DNA of 64,000 nucleotides from Lama guanicoe (Eukaryota), in the NCBI GenBank assembly GCA_013239625.1, contig MU053513.1, positions 1,600,927-1,664,926 of the forward strand. The letters run 5' to 3'. Positions 11,992 through 25,475 of this stretch are shown piece by piece (the first letter of the stretch is position 1; every line of letters begins with the position of its first letter). The position numbers were made by a program, and so were the translations under genes. The notes beneath the pieces are model-generated. The model saw only the letters and a program-made list of their open reading frames with translations, was not told the DNA's origin and did no database searches.

Positions 11992-13254
11992 TAAAGTATA
12001 TGGTGATTAAAACCTATTTATTGAATTTCTAAAAGAAGACGTCATAGTCTGCTAAAAGGTGATAGGATCCAATACACCTTGTGTATATACCCATCATCCT
12101 GAAAATTACTTTTGAACCAAAAACTGTTTCAAAACATCGTTCTTGCTATAAGTATAAAATAGAAAACAAAATAAAACAAGTTTTTAAATGTAAATATATT
12201 TAAAAAATTAAAACACCTAAGAATGCAATCTATACATAGGGAAAAAGTAAAATATTTATATGCATAACAAGTAGTAGCAACATCATTCATAAGCAGCAGT
12301 TAGTGTTTATTTTCCCCATATTTTGGTTTAACACCATAGTGGTTGTTTATTCTTTTTAGGGAAATTGCATAAGGTACATACAGCATATTATGGAGTAAGT
12401 TACAGAAGACTGTGTAATTGGGAAATTAATTCCAAGTAACAATATTTCCTCTAAAAACACATTTATTATCAAACAAATTATTTTTAACTAGTGGACAATA
12501 AAATGTACCTATAATTTATTAAGTCCAAGATATATAGTCAACTTGCATAAAATTACATATGGTATTTTAAAAACAACCTATTTCTAAAATATCAGTAATA
12601 CAGGCAATTGGGATTTCCACAGGAGATAAATTGCCATTAATTTCCTTTTTATGAAGAATAGGTCTGCCTTAAGAACATTACAGCTATGTTATCAAGAAAT
12701 GCTACAGTATAATTTTACAATGAAAATGATGAAACAAATGCATTAGGATATTCTTTTATGGGTACCAGCCCTATAGCAGCATTTCATATGGTGATTTTAA
12801 TCTAGCTAACCAGATTTCCAAGTGACTTGGGTTTTTATTTTCTAGAAATACCTATCACGTGTATAGTTCAGTTAAGAATTTAAATTTCCATTATAAATGA
12901 GAAACTATCATCCTGATAATGTAAAGATACAAGAAATAAAGTACTTGGAGAGCCTAGCACTTTATTAGAAATGTATCCACTAACTCCAAAAAACAAATTT
13001 CACATGTAAGCAAAATACTAAAAATTTCTGACTTGGGAGAAGTGAAATAAAATATAGTGAATGGATTTCTCTTCATCTCCCACTGTAAAAATCCCTTTTG
13101 CCTACTTATTTGACCCGTCTCTATTCATGCAATTTAATGAACTCTCAAAATAATTTACATGTCTTTATACAGAATTCACATCTACATCAGTAAACGGCCA
13201 GTCCTTTTGTATTTTCAGTGCCTTATCAAAATATGGGTAACAAAGTTCCTCATT

Positions 13255-13488
13255 CTATGAGGCAGGAAGATGTTTCCTAAGTACTTCTTTGGATGACGAG
13301 GATATAGTATCTGGGAAGGACACCTCAAATTCAATTAGAAGGTCACCGCGGTGGTCAGGATTTTTTGGAAACGGTAGCCCATATCCAATAATTCTTCTCC
13401 TCATTCCAGGTTTCACGATATCATTTATTGTCATAGGTATGGTTCTTCCATCCATTGTTGGCACATTAATTGAGCAGCCACACAATGC
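13255..13488 (-). CDS. DNAJB4: DNAJB4 last coding exon (C-terminal substrate-binding region, stop TAG)
   Basis: Acceptor ttttag|GCA; encodes [15 protein letters not shown]...VLRKHLPAS*; 234 nt, phase 0. Confidence 0.97.
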   Translation of the reverse strand, partial: ALCGCSINVPTMDGRTIPMTINDIVKPGMRRRIIGYGLPFPKNPDHRGDLLIEFEVSFPDTISSSSKEVLRKHLPAS

Positions 13489-13909
13489 CTAAAATGGACC
13501 AAATAAAATGAACAAACGTCAAAACTTAAAAGTCTAAACAAGACTATTACCAGATGTAAAGGATGATACCATTAAGGTTAAGTTTTTAACCTCCAAAAGG
13601 ATATCAATAATTAAAAGACTTCTTCCCCATTAGAAAGCCCCTTCAGGACATACGTAATCAGACATTTTACAAAAGGAAAGGAGAGGGGGAGAGGGGGAAA
13701 GGGGAAAGAGAGGAAAAGAGAAGGAAAAAATGTCTCCCACATTGCCCTGGAATGACATGGATTGTTTGAGGCTGCTGCTACAACATTCGAGATGCAGGAA
13801 TGGAATGGGAGAAGAGAAGAGGGAGAAATCCAGGACAGCAAAGAATAAGCTAGGAGCAACCACATACTTCTCCATAGGGAAAATGTTAGGACGAGGAATA
13901 AATTTATCG

Positions 13910-14400
13910 TTTTAGTCAACAAATATTTACCGAGTGCCTACTATATGCCATACATTCCTGCCAGATGCTGAGCATAGAGGGAGGGACTAGGAACACTGAC
14001 CCCACCTCAAGGAGTGCACAAAGTATTCAGAAGTAAACTAGTAATTAAAATACAGTATAAAGTTGGCACAGAGGTATGTGTAGAAGTTTTTTGTGAGAGA
14101 AAGAGCACCTAACTTACCCCCGTAGTTTCTGGGAGTACAGAATGCTGAGGTAAGCACTGGACAGAAGCAGGTATTGAGGTAGAGTGAGGAATAGCAGTGT
14201 TTCACAGAGTATAGCCCGGACAATGACAGAGAGGCATACAGGACAATAACACAGCACACTTAGGGAGATGCACATGGGTACATTTATGGGTAGAAATCAG
14301 ATTGAAAACAACCTTTTATTCTAAGCTAAAGAGTTTAGACTTTACGGTGGATGCTATGTGGAACCATTTAAGAATTTTAAGCAGGGAACTGCCATTGCCA
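13910..14400 (-). mobile_element. LINE-2 fragment in DNAJB4 intron
   Basis: caacaaatatttaccgagtgcctactatatgcca is the reverse-complement L2 3' end. Confidence 0.65.
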
Positions 14401-15006
14401 TATTTGCAGGCTTACAGTTAAATTTAAGAAATAGTTCCTAAAGATAGAACAAATGAGAACTCATGTATTAAAGCAGTACCCTTATAAATTATTTTGTTTT
14501 TGTTTGTTTTTGAAAATAGGAAAGGAGTTTACTAGGTTATGCTGCCATAGGCAACAATGGCCACACAGACGAGAGGTGTCTGTGTGAGCCAATTATTTTG
14601 TCTTTTAGTACCTTTTTTTAAATATAATTATTACTGCAAGTTAACAATTTTGGAAAAAATCTTATACATGGAATAACGTGATGAGATTACAATGCAGATC
14701 TCATAAACTGTATTTGTGAAAACTGAGTAGAGTTAGCCCAGATTAGGCCTTGTGGTACATAATCCAGTTGGCACTTAAAATTGGCATTTAAATTGTTAGA
14801 TTGTTAGTGTAAATAACTAAACTTAGAAAATATAACCTTATCCATAAATGAGGTCTAACAGTAGTACTACCTCAGAGGGTCCTAATGAAAATTTTAAAAA
14901 TAATGTATAGTAAGCACTAAATAAATGTTAGTTATTATTTAGATAAATTCTCTAAGACTGGATACATAATTGTTTGGTTTCAGAATCCTGGGTCCTACTA
15001 ACTTAC

Positions 15007-15575
15007 CTCTCGTAAACTAATTTTAGCAGTATAAATTATATTTGATCCATCCCTTTTGAATTTTGGGTGATCTTTATCTTTAATGATAAAAACAATGTCT
15101 GCTGGAATACTAGTTGGTGTTTCATCTCCTTCCCTTGGAAAAGTAATTTTGGTGCCTTCTTTCCATCCTTTTTTAATCTCAATGGTGAGAATTTTGTCCT
15201 CAGATCTATAACTCCTTCCATCAGGGTTTAACCTTTTGCGAGAAATCTTCATTCGCTTGGTACAACCACTATATATTTCTTCAAGTGATACTCTAAGTTC
15301 ATGAATAACTGGAGGATCTTGTTTGAGGCGGGATGGCCCCACAGAATTCCTGTCTCTTGGATATCCATTCATGCTGAATCCAAAGGCACTAAAAGGATCT
15401 CCATCTACTTCCATTTCTTCAGAATCTCTACCACCACCCATCCGTCTTCCAAAGAAAATTTCAAAGGGGTTGGAACCTCCAAAAAATGCTGCAAATGTGG
15501 CATGAGGATCACCATGAAAGGTGTACCGGAAGGTACCTCCTTGTCCATCAGAACCTCCTGCTCCTCCTTTTAATC
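15007..15575 (-). CDS. DNAJB4: DNAJB4 second coding exon (G/F-rich region and C-terminal domain)
   Basis: tttag|GA acceptor, GAG|gtaagt donor; (G)LKGGAGGSDGQGGTFRYTFHGDPH...EIKKGWKEGTKITF...KISLRE; 569 nt. Confidence 0.97.
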
Positions 15576-18259
15576 CTAAATGAAGAGATAAGCATGATTA
15601 GAATATTGCTTACAACTCTTGAAAGTTAAACTTTCAAAAACTGCATTACTAATAAACTTTGGCCAACTTAAGTTGCTATATTATTACTATTGGCCAGAAA
15701 TGCCATCATAACTCAATATAGAACAGCTACATAATTCCTGATCGTTTCATCCTAAGTTAAATTTTTAGCTTTCAAATTCTTCCTCCAAATCCCCATCTTT
15801 AATGAGAACTTATTCCTGAATCTTTGTTCCACAGGTAAATAAGAAAAGAAATAAAAATTGGGAACCTCTTATCTTATAAGCTACTGGTTTGATAATCTGA
15901 AATATATAAAATTAAGTTTTCCAAAGATGTCAGTTGAAAAGTCTTCAGTAATCAATGCAAAATGCATAACCTAAAGCTTTAAGTACCATTATCATCAATG
16001 AGCACAAAACAATAATATAAAATACTATATTCATACTAACTAGCTTTATTTCAGATTATTTTTCACGGTTTATGAGTTTAAACAGAACTCATTTGTGGCA
16101 GAAAGGGCAAAAGGTCTAGTAACAGAAACCCCTGAAAAAAAATTGTAGACACTAAAATTGTTACCCCTGTCCTACATAATGAAAATGTTTATCTAGGCAT
16201 ACCACATATAGCATTAGCTTCAACAGCGTGTAGAAAGAAGACTGAAATCAAGAGCTGTAAAACCTCTTGACATGCGAGGCCTTTGAGCTGGTTATTTCCA
16301 TCTATTGTGGACAACCTGCTTCAGACACCAAGATAGTGACTTTTTGTCCCTGTTCTTTAAGGTTCAATGAAATAATACGTAGCTCACAAGAGATTACATA
16401 TCTGAAGCAGCATTTTCCCTTACATACCAAAGAAAGATTCTACTAAAACCTTTTAGTATCTTTTAAGGGAGTGATAGTGATCTTTTAAGGGAGAAATACT
16501 GACAAGGATTTATATCATTACGGTATCAGCCAAGTTTCTGAATGAGCTTTATGGGCATTCCTGACCAAGAAAATAGAAGGAACTGAATCTAAAAATTATA
16601 AAACTAAAAAAAATTCAAGAGAATTAAACTAAGAGATTCCAACATGTTAAAGCAGTGAGTAATCTGAGGGGAGGAAATATATTTTATTCATTTTTTCATG
16701 GCTCACGTATATAGGACTGAAAATGAATTTGTTTACTGAATAATGAGAATGAACTAATTCTTAAAGTCTTTGAAGAGAAAACTTTAAATGTGTCTTGAGG
16801 GTCAGGATAGAGAAGAGGCCGAAGCCAGAGTAACATGAAGTATAATCATATATATATGAGAAATTTAATAATAAAAAAGTCTGCTGGAATCACTCAGTGT
16901 GCTTTCACAGAGACTATGTGTATTTTATTCTATTTGGCTTCTTCCACTGAAAGATATACATGTACTTTGCCTCATCCAACAGTCTCAACTGATGTTTACA
17001 TTTTTACCTTCATCCATGAATAGAAATCTGGAGAGACCAAGAGAAATCTAACAATCTGAAAATTGTCAAAGTATGTATTGAATGACACATCCTCGGGGAT
17101 ATTCCTTGCAGAAACAGAATGATAAGCACAAGCAGAACAAGGACTTTTAACACACAGCTCATCCAAAACTTCTTTTTATAAATTTTAGTGGTACAGTTAC
17201 AACTCCAAATGTTAAAAAAAAAAAGTGATAGATTTTTTTTTAAATGATAGGATATGTATATAACTTAAAGTCATTACCAATGTGATTAAACCGATTTTTA
17301 AATTATTTCAATCATTTCATTTTTCATCCACAAATATAATAATTAAACAGAGCTAATAAATAAATTGAGTAAATTAGCCTGCCCAATCTAGCCTTCTAGA
17401 AGAAAAAATCTAAATGTTTTGGACCTATAATGGATTCATGAAAAGAAAGAATAACATTTTAAGTTATTACATCATGGGTTTGGCTTTTCCCTAAAACCTC
17501 CTCTGCCAAAAATGGCTTAACTCAATCAGGATTACAGAGTTCCTGTCTGAAGTGATGTTTATCAGAACTAACAAACAGCCTCCAATGGAGCTTTGACACT
17601 AAATAGTCAATAACAAAGTTACTATGACTGAGAAAATCCTACCAAAATTCACACCAATAGAATGTGAATTATTATGCAAGTATCGCTTGCACTGCCCAGC
17701 ACTTGAATTGTAACAAGCCTGTCATCAACTACACAGTCAACTCTTTACTATATACATTTTGACTGCTCATGGAAAATTTTAATATTCAGCTGGTTTCCCT
17801 CTGCTATACAAATGTTTTCTAGACACCATCATCACTTTGTGTGATCAAGGAATGTACTCCAGAATCAACATTTACCTATGCTGTAGCAAGACTGCTATTA
17901 TTTTAAAACCAATCAACAATCAATTCGCAATCCAAAAACAATTAGGCGTCTGGGATACTGTCCATAATGATAATTTCCACTAGTTAGTTGACTAAGAGTT
18001 TATCAAAAGAAGAAGCTCTGGAGAAGAATTAGGATTTCAAAGAAAAAAAATTATAGGGCTTTAGTAACTTCCTTTAAGGAGATCTAATATGTAAAAATCC
18101 AGATTTATAACAATACCTACAGAGTTACTAGCACAATGAAATCCTTTAAACAGTTTTGATTCACTAAAGTTATTAACTAAACCATTAAAAAAGAAAGCAT
18201 AAAGAAAAAGAAATGTTAGAGAACTTGAATACTGTGAAGATGTGTTAATGAAAATCTTC

Positions 18260-18387
18260 TTTTTTAGACTTTTTTTAGGGGGTGATTAGGTTTATTTATT
18301 TTTTAATGCTGGTACTGGGGACTGAATCCAGGACCCCATGCATGCCAAGCACCGCACTCTACCACTGAGCTATATACCCTCCTCCCC
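18260..18387 (-). mobile_element. tRNA-Ala-derived SINE
   Basis: Reverse-complement head (ctctaccactgagctatataccct); TSD tgaaaaYctt at 18249-18258 and 18388-18397. Confidence 0.88.
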
Positions 18388-18564
18388 TGAAAACCTTTTT
18401 TTAAAGTCTTTTGATATAAACTTTTGTTGACTTCCACTAAACAATTCAGAACAAAATCTAAAACTTTAGGGGAGAGACTGGCTCAAAATCCGATTTTAAA
18501 TTTCCGTAATTCTATATTTTTTATTTTCAAATGATTCAACTATGGAGAAAATGTCTCTATTTTA

Positions 18565-19140
18565 TTAAAAAGTTTTATTTATTATATACTATAAAATTAA
18601 TCAATTGTAAATATACAATTCAGCGGTTTTAGTAAATCTGTAAAATTATGCAACCATCACCACAATCCCATTACAGAATATTTCCATCAATCCAAAGAAT
18701 TCTCTCATTTCTACTTGTAGTTAATCCCTGCTCCTACCTCTAGCCCTAGTCCACAACTAATCTGCTTTCTTTCTCTATAAGTCTGTCTTTTCCATGCATT
18801 TCATATAAATGGAATCACAGAATATGTAGTCATTTACATCTGACTTATTTAACATAGTTTTTGAGGCTATTCCATTTTGTAACATGTTTTATTAAATTGG
18901 TCCTTTTAGTTGCTAAGTAGTATGCCAATGTGTATGTGTGTGTACATATACATATATACTATACTTTGTTAATCCATTCACTAAATAATTATACTTTTGT
19001 ATTGTTTCCATTTGGAGCCTTTACAAATAATGCTGCTATGAACATTCATGTACATGTCTTTGTTCTTTGTGTGGAACTATATTTTCATTTCTCTTTTATA
19101 GGTTCCTAAGAGTAGAAATGTTGGGTCATACGATAAATTT
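18565..19140 (-). mobile_element. Old L1 3' fragment
   Basis: caaccatcaccacaatc, catttcatataaatggaatca, ataatgctgctatgaacattcatgtac (antisense L1M motifs). Confidence 0.8.
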
Positions 19141-19681
19141 AAAATATCCCTATTTTTATTCAACTTTTTTAAAAAACAGCATTGAAAATCGTGGATATTA
19201 GAGATTTTTAAAACATGAATAAACTGAATCACTGGTTCTCTTAGGTCCTAAATATATAAATTCAGCAATTTCAACTCATACACTTTTCAGTTCATGGTTC
19301 CTTATTCCCACTGTCTCAGGCCTTGTAAGAGAATGTAATAGTTGGTGGGAGGGGAAGTTTATCAGGTAAATTAGTAATGGCCCCACAGTCCTAAAATAAT
19401 TTTGTTACTTCTGGAGAAACACACAGGGCTACAGAACCAGGCCAACAGGCACAAACAGATCAATGGAAGGCAAAGAGAAAAGAATATTTTCCCACATTTT
19501 CACAGTATACCTAAAGGAAATTAATGAGATATTCCGAATAAAGAAGAAATAAATATAATGCTTTTCTGTAAAGGAAGAATAATTTCTAAAAAAAAACAAA
19601 TAACTTTGTATTTTAAAGTAACATAACTAGAAAATGATATTTCTAAATATTATATTTCAATGCTTTAAAAAACTTATTCTC

Positions 19682-19811
19682 AGGTGGGGGAGGGTATAGA
19701 TCAGTGGTAGAGTGCATGCCTAGCATGCACAAGTTCCTGGGTTCAATCCCTAGTACTTCCATTAAAAATCAATTAAAAAATAAAAATCTAATTACCCCCA
19801 GAAATAAAATT
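19682..19811 (+). mobile_element. tRNA-Ala-derived SINE
   Basis: SINE head and tail; perfect 14-bp TSD aaaaacttattctc at 19668-19681 and 19812-19825. Confidence 0.92.
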
Positions 19812-21656
19812 AAAAACTTATTCTCCCCTATTACCTCTACTGGTTCTATCAATTATCTGAGTCAATAAGAAAAAAAGGTCCAGGGTACAGAGATGATCCT
19901 GCTTTACAGTTTTTACAAAATTCATTCACTGATGATGCTCAGTAAAAATCAAACTGGAGAAATATCACTCGAGAAAAACACTACTAAGAGGTAATATTAA
20001 GCCAAGAAAAATATATCATTTGGTGACTTGAACGTTCAGAAGACATGTATCCTCAGCAAACACTGAATCTATGGCTTGGTCATAGACAAACAAGCTATTA
20101 GTGAGATGTGTATATTTGCTTTTTCCTGGGAATTTATAGTGTTACTCCATGTTTACGGGTTTCTTCACAAAATTACAAAATAACTTCTTCTGAAAGAGTA
20201 GTATATGGTTAGTAGTATCTCAGAATCCTGCTTAGTGTTTTCAAATGAACCAAATCATAGCTTTTTTGAGTAGTGTGGCTATAAGGAAGAAGCAGGACTG
20301 AACTGCCCGCTATTTGCTGTTTTCAGTATTTACTCTGTAAGAACCTGACACTGCAGGTCCTCGTCATACCAAAACCAGCAGCAGAAACTGCAACTGGGGG
20401 CAACTCAGATCAAAAAGAAAAAAACAAAACAAGGAAAAAAACCCCAAAAAACCTCTACACAACCACCCTGCTTAATCTAAATTTAACTTTTTAACTCAAA
20501 ATGAGCAGTCACTGCTTCACTGTATTTTAAAGGATATATTTCTAAGTAGGAAATTTTAATATTAAATGCAATAAAGGAAGCAAAAAATAAAAAAGTTTCA
20601 CAACTACAATGATTTTAAAAAGAACATTTTGGGAGAAAAATAACAAAATAACTTAGTCCTGGTTTAAAAAGTTGAAAATCCCAGAACCTGTAGGAATCAA
20701 AAGTGTTTCTGTTGTTGTTAATTAGCAATTTAAAATAGTCTTACTTTATAGCTACATTTATATGCAGATGATAGACAGACTTAATTTAAAATCCAGAATG
20801 ATAAGCCTTAAATTACCCCCATTTACTGTATTCAACTAGTTTCTGATCTCACACTGCAAGAAACCAAAGTATGGCAGGTAGAGGAAAGGGAAGTTACCAT
20901 GTTTTCCTCAATACCTAGACAGGAAAATTTCCAAAACAATAATGTTACCTAAAAGTAAAACAATAATTGTTCTAACTAGGTGGCCATTTTAGGTCAAAAA
21001 TTGTATTTCTGAGATCTCATTTTCTTGGCACACAATTACTGTTTACAATTAAGCTAAAAACTTGTTCTGGTATTTTATGACATCAGGAAAATTCTTTCCT
21101 CTCCAGGCAGAATGCCAAAAACAACTAGAGCTGAATGCCTGGGCCTTCTGCTTCAGAGAGACGATTCTGTTCTGTTTAATCTAAACTAGCTTTGCCATAA
21201 GAAAGGCAAAATACTTCTTTTGTTTTTGTGAATGAAATATAGACTATCCAGAATTTGAACTGCCAAGCTTAAGATTTTAAGTTATCAAAGAATCTTTTTT
21301 AGTTCTGGCAGAAAATTCATTAGAAAACAAAACAGGTTGCATAAGACTTTTGACACAATTTCTTAATGGGTATGGGAATTTAAGGTTTCTTTTCAAATAT
21401 ACAATGTTAATGTCATAAATTTAATGGTAGAATATGCTACAAAATGTCAAAATCAAAAAAAAAAAGGCAAACAAGTACATTTCATTCATAGCCTTGTAAC
21501 ATTCATTCATATGATCAGAGATAAAATCTTGTTTTTGTCCACTATTTGCTTTTCTACTTTTGATATGTTAGAGAATTTAATAACCAGAGGCTGAGAGAGA
21601 AAAAGAGAGAGGCAGACAGAGCTGGAGAGACAGAAAGAAATACACTGGATACTTAC

Positions 21657-21867
21657 CTTCCTCCCCAAACTGATCATATATTTCTCTCTTTTTAGGATCA
21701 CTCAATACTTCATAAGCTTCTGCGACCTCTTTAAATTTTTCCTCTGCCTGAGGAGATTTGTTCTTGTCCGGATGAAATCTGAGGGCTTGTTTGCGGTAAG
21801 CCTTTTTAATATCTTCATCTGAAGCTCCTTTTTCGATTCCCAAAATGCAATAATAGTCTTTCCCCAT
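21657..21867 (-). CDS. DNAJB4: DNAJB4 first coding exon (J-domain with HPD motif)
   Basis: [36 protein letters not shown]...YDQFGEE; donor AAG|gtaagt; 211 nt. The three exons join in frame to 337 aa. Confidence 0.98.
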
Positions 21868-22049
21868 TTCGAACGCCTTGAAATGAACTTAGATTTCCCT
21901 TTGTGAAAGAAAACAGCGTCCCCAGTCTTAGCAATATAATGATTCTAAGAAAAATAAACAAGCTGGGGTTTTAAAAGTTAAAGCAAATCAGCAATTCAGC
22001 TTCGCTGTCTTAAGGCAGCAAGCAGACAGCGCCTCTGTATTTAATTCCT

Positions 22050-22270
22050 TCTCCAACAGCTCACTTACAGATAAATATACACTACACGGGAGACGGCCTC
22101 CTTCTGGGTCCTCCCATTTTCACTACGTGTCTCTGCACTTTCTAGAACAGCAAATGCTACAGGACGTCACTTCCCCAGCTGCCTCTAGTCAAAGTACTGA
22201 GCTAGGTTTTCTCCTCCTCCACAATTAACTATTCATTTTCCTTCTGGCGCTACCATTTTTATTTCCTTTT
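22050..22270 (-). promoter_or_regulatory. Putative proximal DNAJB4 promoter
   Basis: TATA-like TATATTTAT (~22071-22079, - strand); HSE-like tGcAc-tTTCt-aGAAc at 22134-22148; GGAAGTGACGTC ETS/CRE-like overlap at ~22163-22174; CCATTTT YY1-like cores at 22114 and 22253. Confidence 0.6.
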
Positions 22271-23596
22271 AAAGAGCCTAAGTGGATTTAGAAATCAGTG
22301 TTTCCGCATAGAATGCCATAACTACTACTCCATTCTAGGTGAAAAAAGCAACAAAAATAATTATAGCCATTAAGCATCTTAACTTATTAAAATAAGTTAA
22401 AGATATTATATAAATAAAGCTACCTTTGAACTTATTTTATGTATTTTAATTTCAAGTTATTCAAATATAAGATATACAATACTAAAATATGGTTTGTTTA
22501 AATTAAAACTGTCAAGTAATTTATGTCATTTTCAAAATTCTTAGGGTCTGTCAATCACGCTGTAAAAGACTATACATCATAAATACCAAAAGCAATATTT
22601 TTAAATGAGTAGAGGACTTAAATATTTTAGCTGATGATTTTAACTAGGTTTTTTTTTCTTTTTTTTAGTATACAAGAGATAATAGTTCTGGCAAACCAAA
22701 TATGAAAGCTTCATATTTGATTTCAGTTACTTCAAATAGAACAGAATGAGATCCTTTCTCCCAATTCCTGGGGTCACTATTTAAAGAATTTTTGTGCTGC
22801 AGAAAAGACAGAAGAAAAGTATCAGGTTACCGTCAGTAAAAACCCATGTATTTTTTAAGACTTTGAATCAGCTTAAAATCTGGATAAACTATTTATGGAG
22901 CAGTAATATTAGAAATATTTTTTCTTTTAAGAAACACATTTTTCCTAATTAGAAATACAAATACTCACGGAAGATTTTGGAAAACACAGAAACAAAAAAG
23001 AATAAAATAAAAACCTTCCTATCATACCAGTTTAGGTAATCCCTGCTAAATGTTAATGTATTTCCTTCTAATCCTTTTCTCCCTATGAATATTTATGGTG
23101 ATTTCTTGTAGTTTTGTATTTGTTTTTTTATTAACAAAGTTTATATCATATGTCATTTATATACCCTTCTGATGCCTGCTATTTTAATATATATTTTGGG
23201 TATTTATAAGAAATATTTTCAATGTATATAACTCATTTTTCATCTCCTATATGTTTTCCTCATCTTTTCAAAAATGGCTCCATTTCTAATATAATATTGG
23301 AAAGATGAATAAGAAAATGTCCAAAGAATTGCACAGAGCCCTGTATTTGTCTTAAGTCTGTAAAATGAAAAGAAAGACATTATTTATGAGGAAAACTAAA
23401 TGCACACATATGTTTAGAGTATAATGAAAAGGTGATGATCACATGTTAACCTTTAAAGATACGGGAACGCCGACTTCTTATATGCTAAGCAGCTTCACAT
23501 TAATGATTCAGCAATTCTTTCAGAATGTTTATCTTTGTGCATTTTGACAGCTAGGATTTCCTATTTCTCAAAACTCTCTACTCTAAAAACACATTG

Positions 23597-23730
23597 GGGA
23601 TGGGGTTAGGGTATAGCTTGGTGGTAGAGCATGTGCTTAGCATACACAAGGTCCTGGGTTCAATTCCCCAGTACCTCTATAAATAAACAAACAAACCTAA
23701 TTTACCTCCTCCCTGCCCCCTCAAAATAAA
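23597..23730 (+). mobile_element. tRNA-Ala-derived SINE
   Basis: gggtatagct...gtggtagagcatgtgcttagcat...gggttcaattccccagtacc and the family tail aaacctaatttacctcc. Confidence 0.88.
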
Positions 23731-25078
23731 AACAACACCTTGCTATGGAAACGTATAACATCTATCTGGCCTGCTTACAGGTTACAGAGGTTTGTCAGCT
23801 ATTTAGCAAATTTTATAGTCCCACCAAGGAATACTTAATGTTAAAAGACAAATTTTCAAACACAAAAAACTTAGGGGAAAATGCTAATATCCAAAGTCAC
23901 CTTAAGATTCCTACTGGAAAAAAAAAAAAAAGCATATTGCAAGTCAGAATCCAGTGCAAGGATCAGCATTAAGAGTAGAGTAAAAATATAATAAAAATCC
24001 TCTCCTAGAATTAATTTCCAAGACAGTTCCTTTAAGTATCCATTATCAAAGAACACTGGTATTACTGGATTTGGTGGGTAATGCTGGGAACTAAAAAAGC
24101 AGATTCTTATCTGATTCGGAAATTTTCAGAGAGCTAGAAATATTATCAGGACTTAACATATTAAATGTTTTAGAACCCAAGGACTAAATCTTTCACATTT
24201 CTGAGAAATGTATTACCTATTAACAAATGGAAGGAAATCTTGCTCTTCACACATAGAGAAGGGTGATAAAAGATTTTCATATTTTTTCAAATATCACAAA
24301 CACAAAAAAAGAATTACAGTAGTAAAGTTGAAATGTAAGAATTTACCTCAGCTTGTAAATTCCAAATTAATAATAATTATAATTTTAGGACTAAATAATA
24401 AAACAGTTTAGCTAGATTTTAGGAAAATGAGCAGTGTAAATTCTTTCAAACATTTAGAAACAGTTATTAAAAATTATTTTAAAAGAACTGCAAATACCAT
24501 ACCTGGAAATTTGTCCTTAGAAAATAAATCAAGGAAAAAATTATATGTACAAATGTACTCATTGCAATTAGATGCAATATAGGGTAATGGATCAATATGA
24601 TCATTATTAATTAAACTACATAGTACTTGAGAGACATTTTACTCAAATTTATTTTTTCGGGCTGAGTTGTCTCCTCTACCACTGAGGATTTGAAAATCCA
24701 TTACATAATCACTTTACATTGAATTTTCTTCATACAAGTTTGTTTGAGATGAATGTAGGATTTGGGTTTTTTTTGGGGGGGGTACAGCAAAAGCAATTGT
24801 CACCCCTGTAAATATCATAACAAAAGTAGTACAAAGGGAAGAGTAGTGGCAGCCTGTAGGGAAAATGGAAGAGACGTAAATAAAGCACATTTAATAAATG
24901 TTTTTAAAAGTAAAAATAATGTCTATTTGAAGCTCTGTTTAGAAGTTACATAAATCATCGCTTATTTGGTTTTATAGGTATGTGTATGTATGGCAGAAAG
25001 TTTGAAGAGAACAAAAACTAATTTGAGCTAGCAGCACATGCTTTTCTTCCTAAATTTCTTTAAGGCTGCTATATTTTT

Positions 25079-25475
25079 TTTTTTTGAAGTATCATCAACT
25101 TATAATGTTGTGTTACTTTCTGGTGTACAGCATATTGATTCATTTACATGTATATATATATTTATATGTATATATATGTATATTATATATATATATATTC
25201 CTTTTCATATTCTTTTCCATTATAGGTTATTATAAGGTATTGAATATAGTTCCCTGTGCTATACAGTAGGACCTTGTTGTTTATATATTTATTTTTCTGA
25301 TTTAATTCTTTTTTTTAATTGAAGTATAGTTGGTTTACAATGCTGTATTAACTTCTGGTGAACAGCATAGCAATTCAGTTATATATATATTCCTTTTCAT
25401 ATTCTTTTTCATTACAGGCTATTACAAGATATTGAATATAGTTCCCTGTTCAATATTGTAGGATCTTGTTGTTTA
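25079..25475 (-). mobile_element. Two tandem short L1 3'UTR tail fragments (cetartiodactyl-type)
   Basis: Two copies of ttgaagtat...tctggtg.acagcat...(TA)n...tgaatatagttccctgt...ttgttgttta; similar to the L1 3' end at ~40380-40550. Confidence 0.8.

Noticed and set aside
16458..16493. 14-bp direct repeat atcttttaagggag
   Set aside because: Small local duplication with only a few bases between copies; no further structure.
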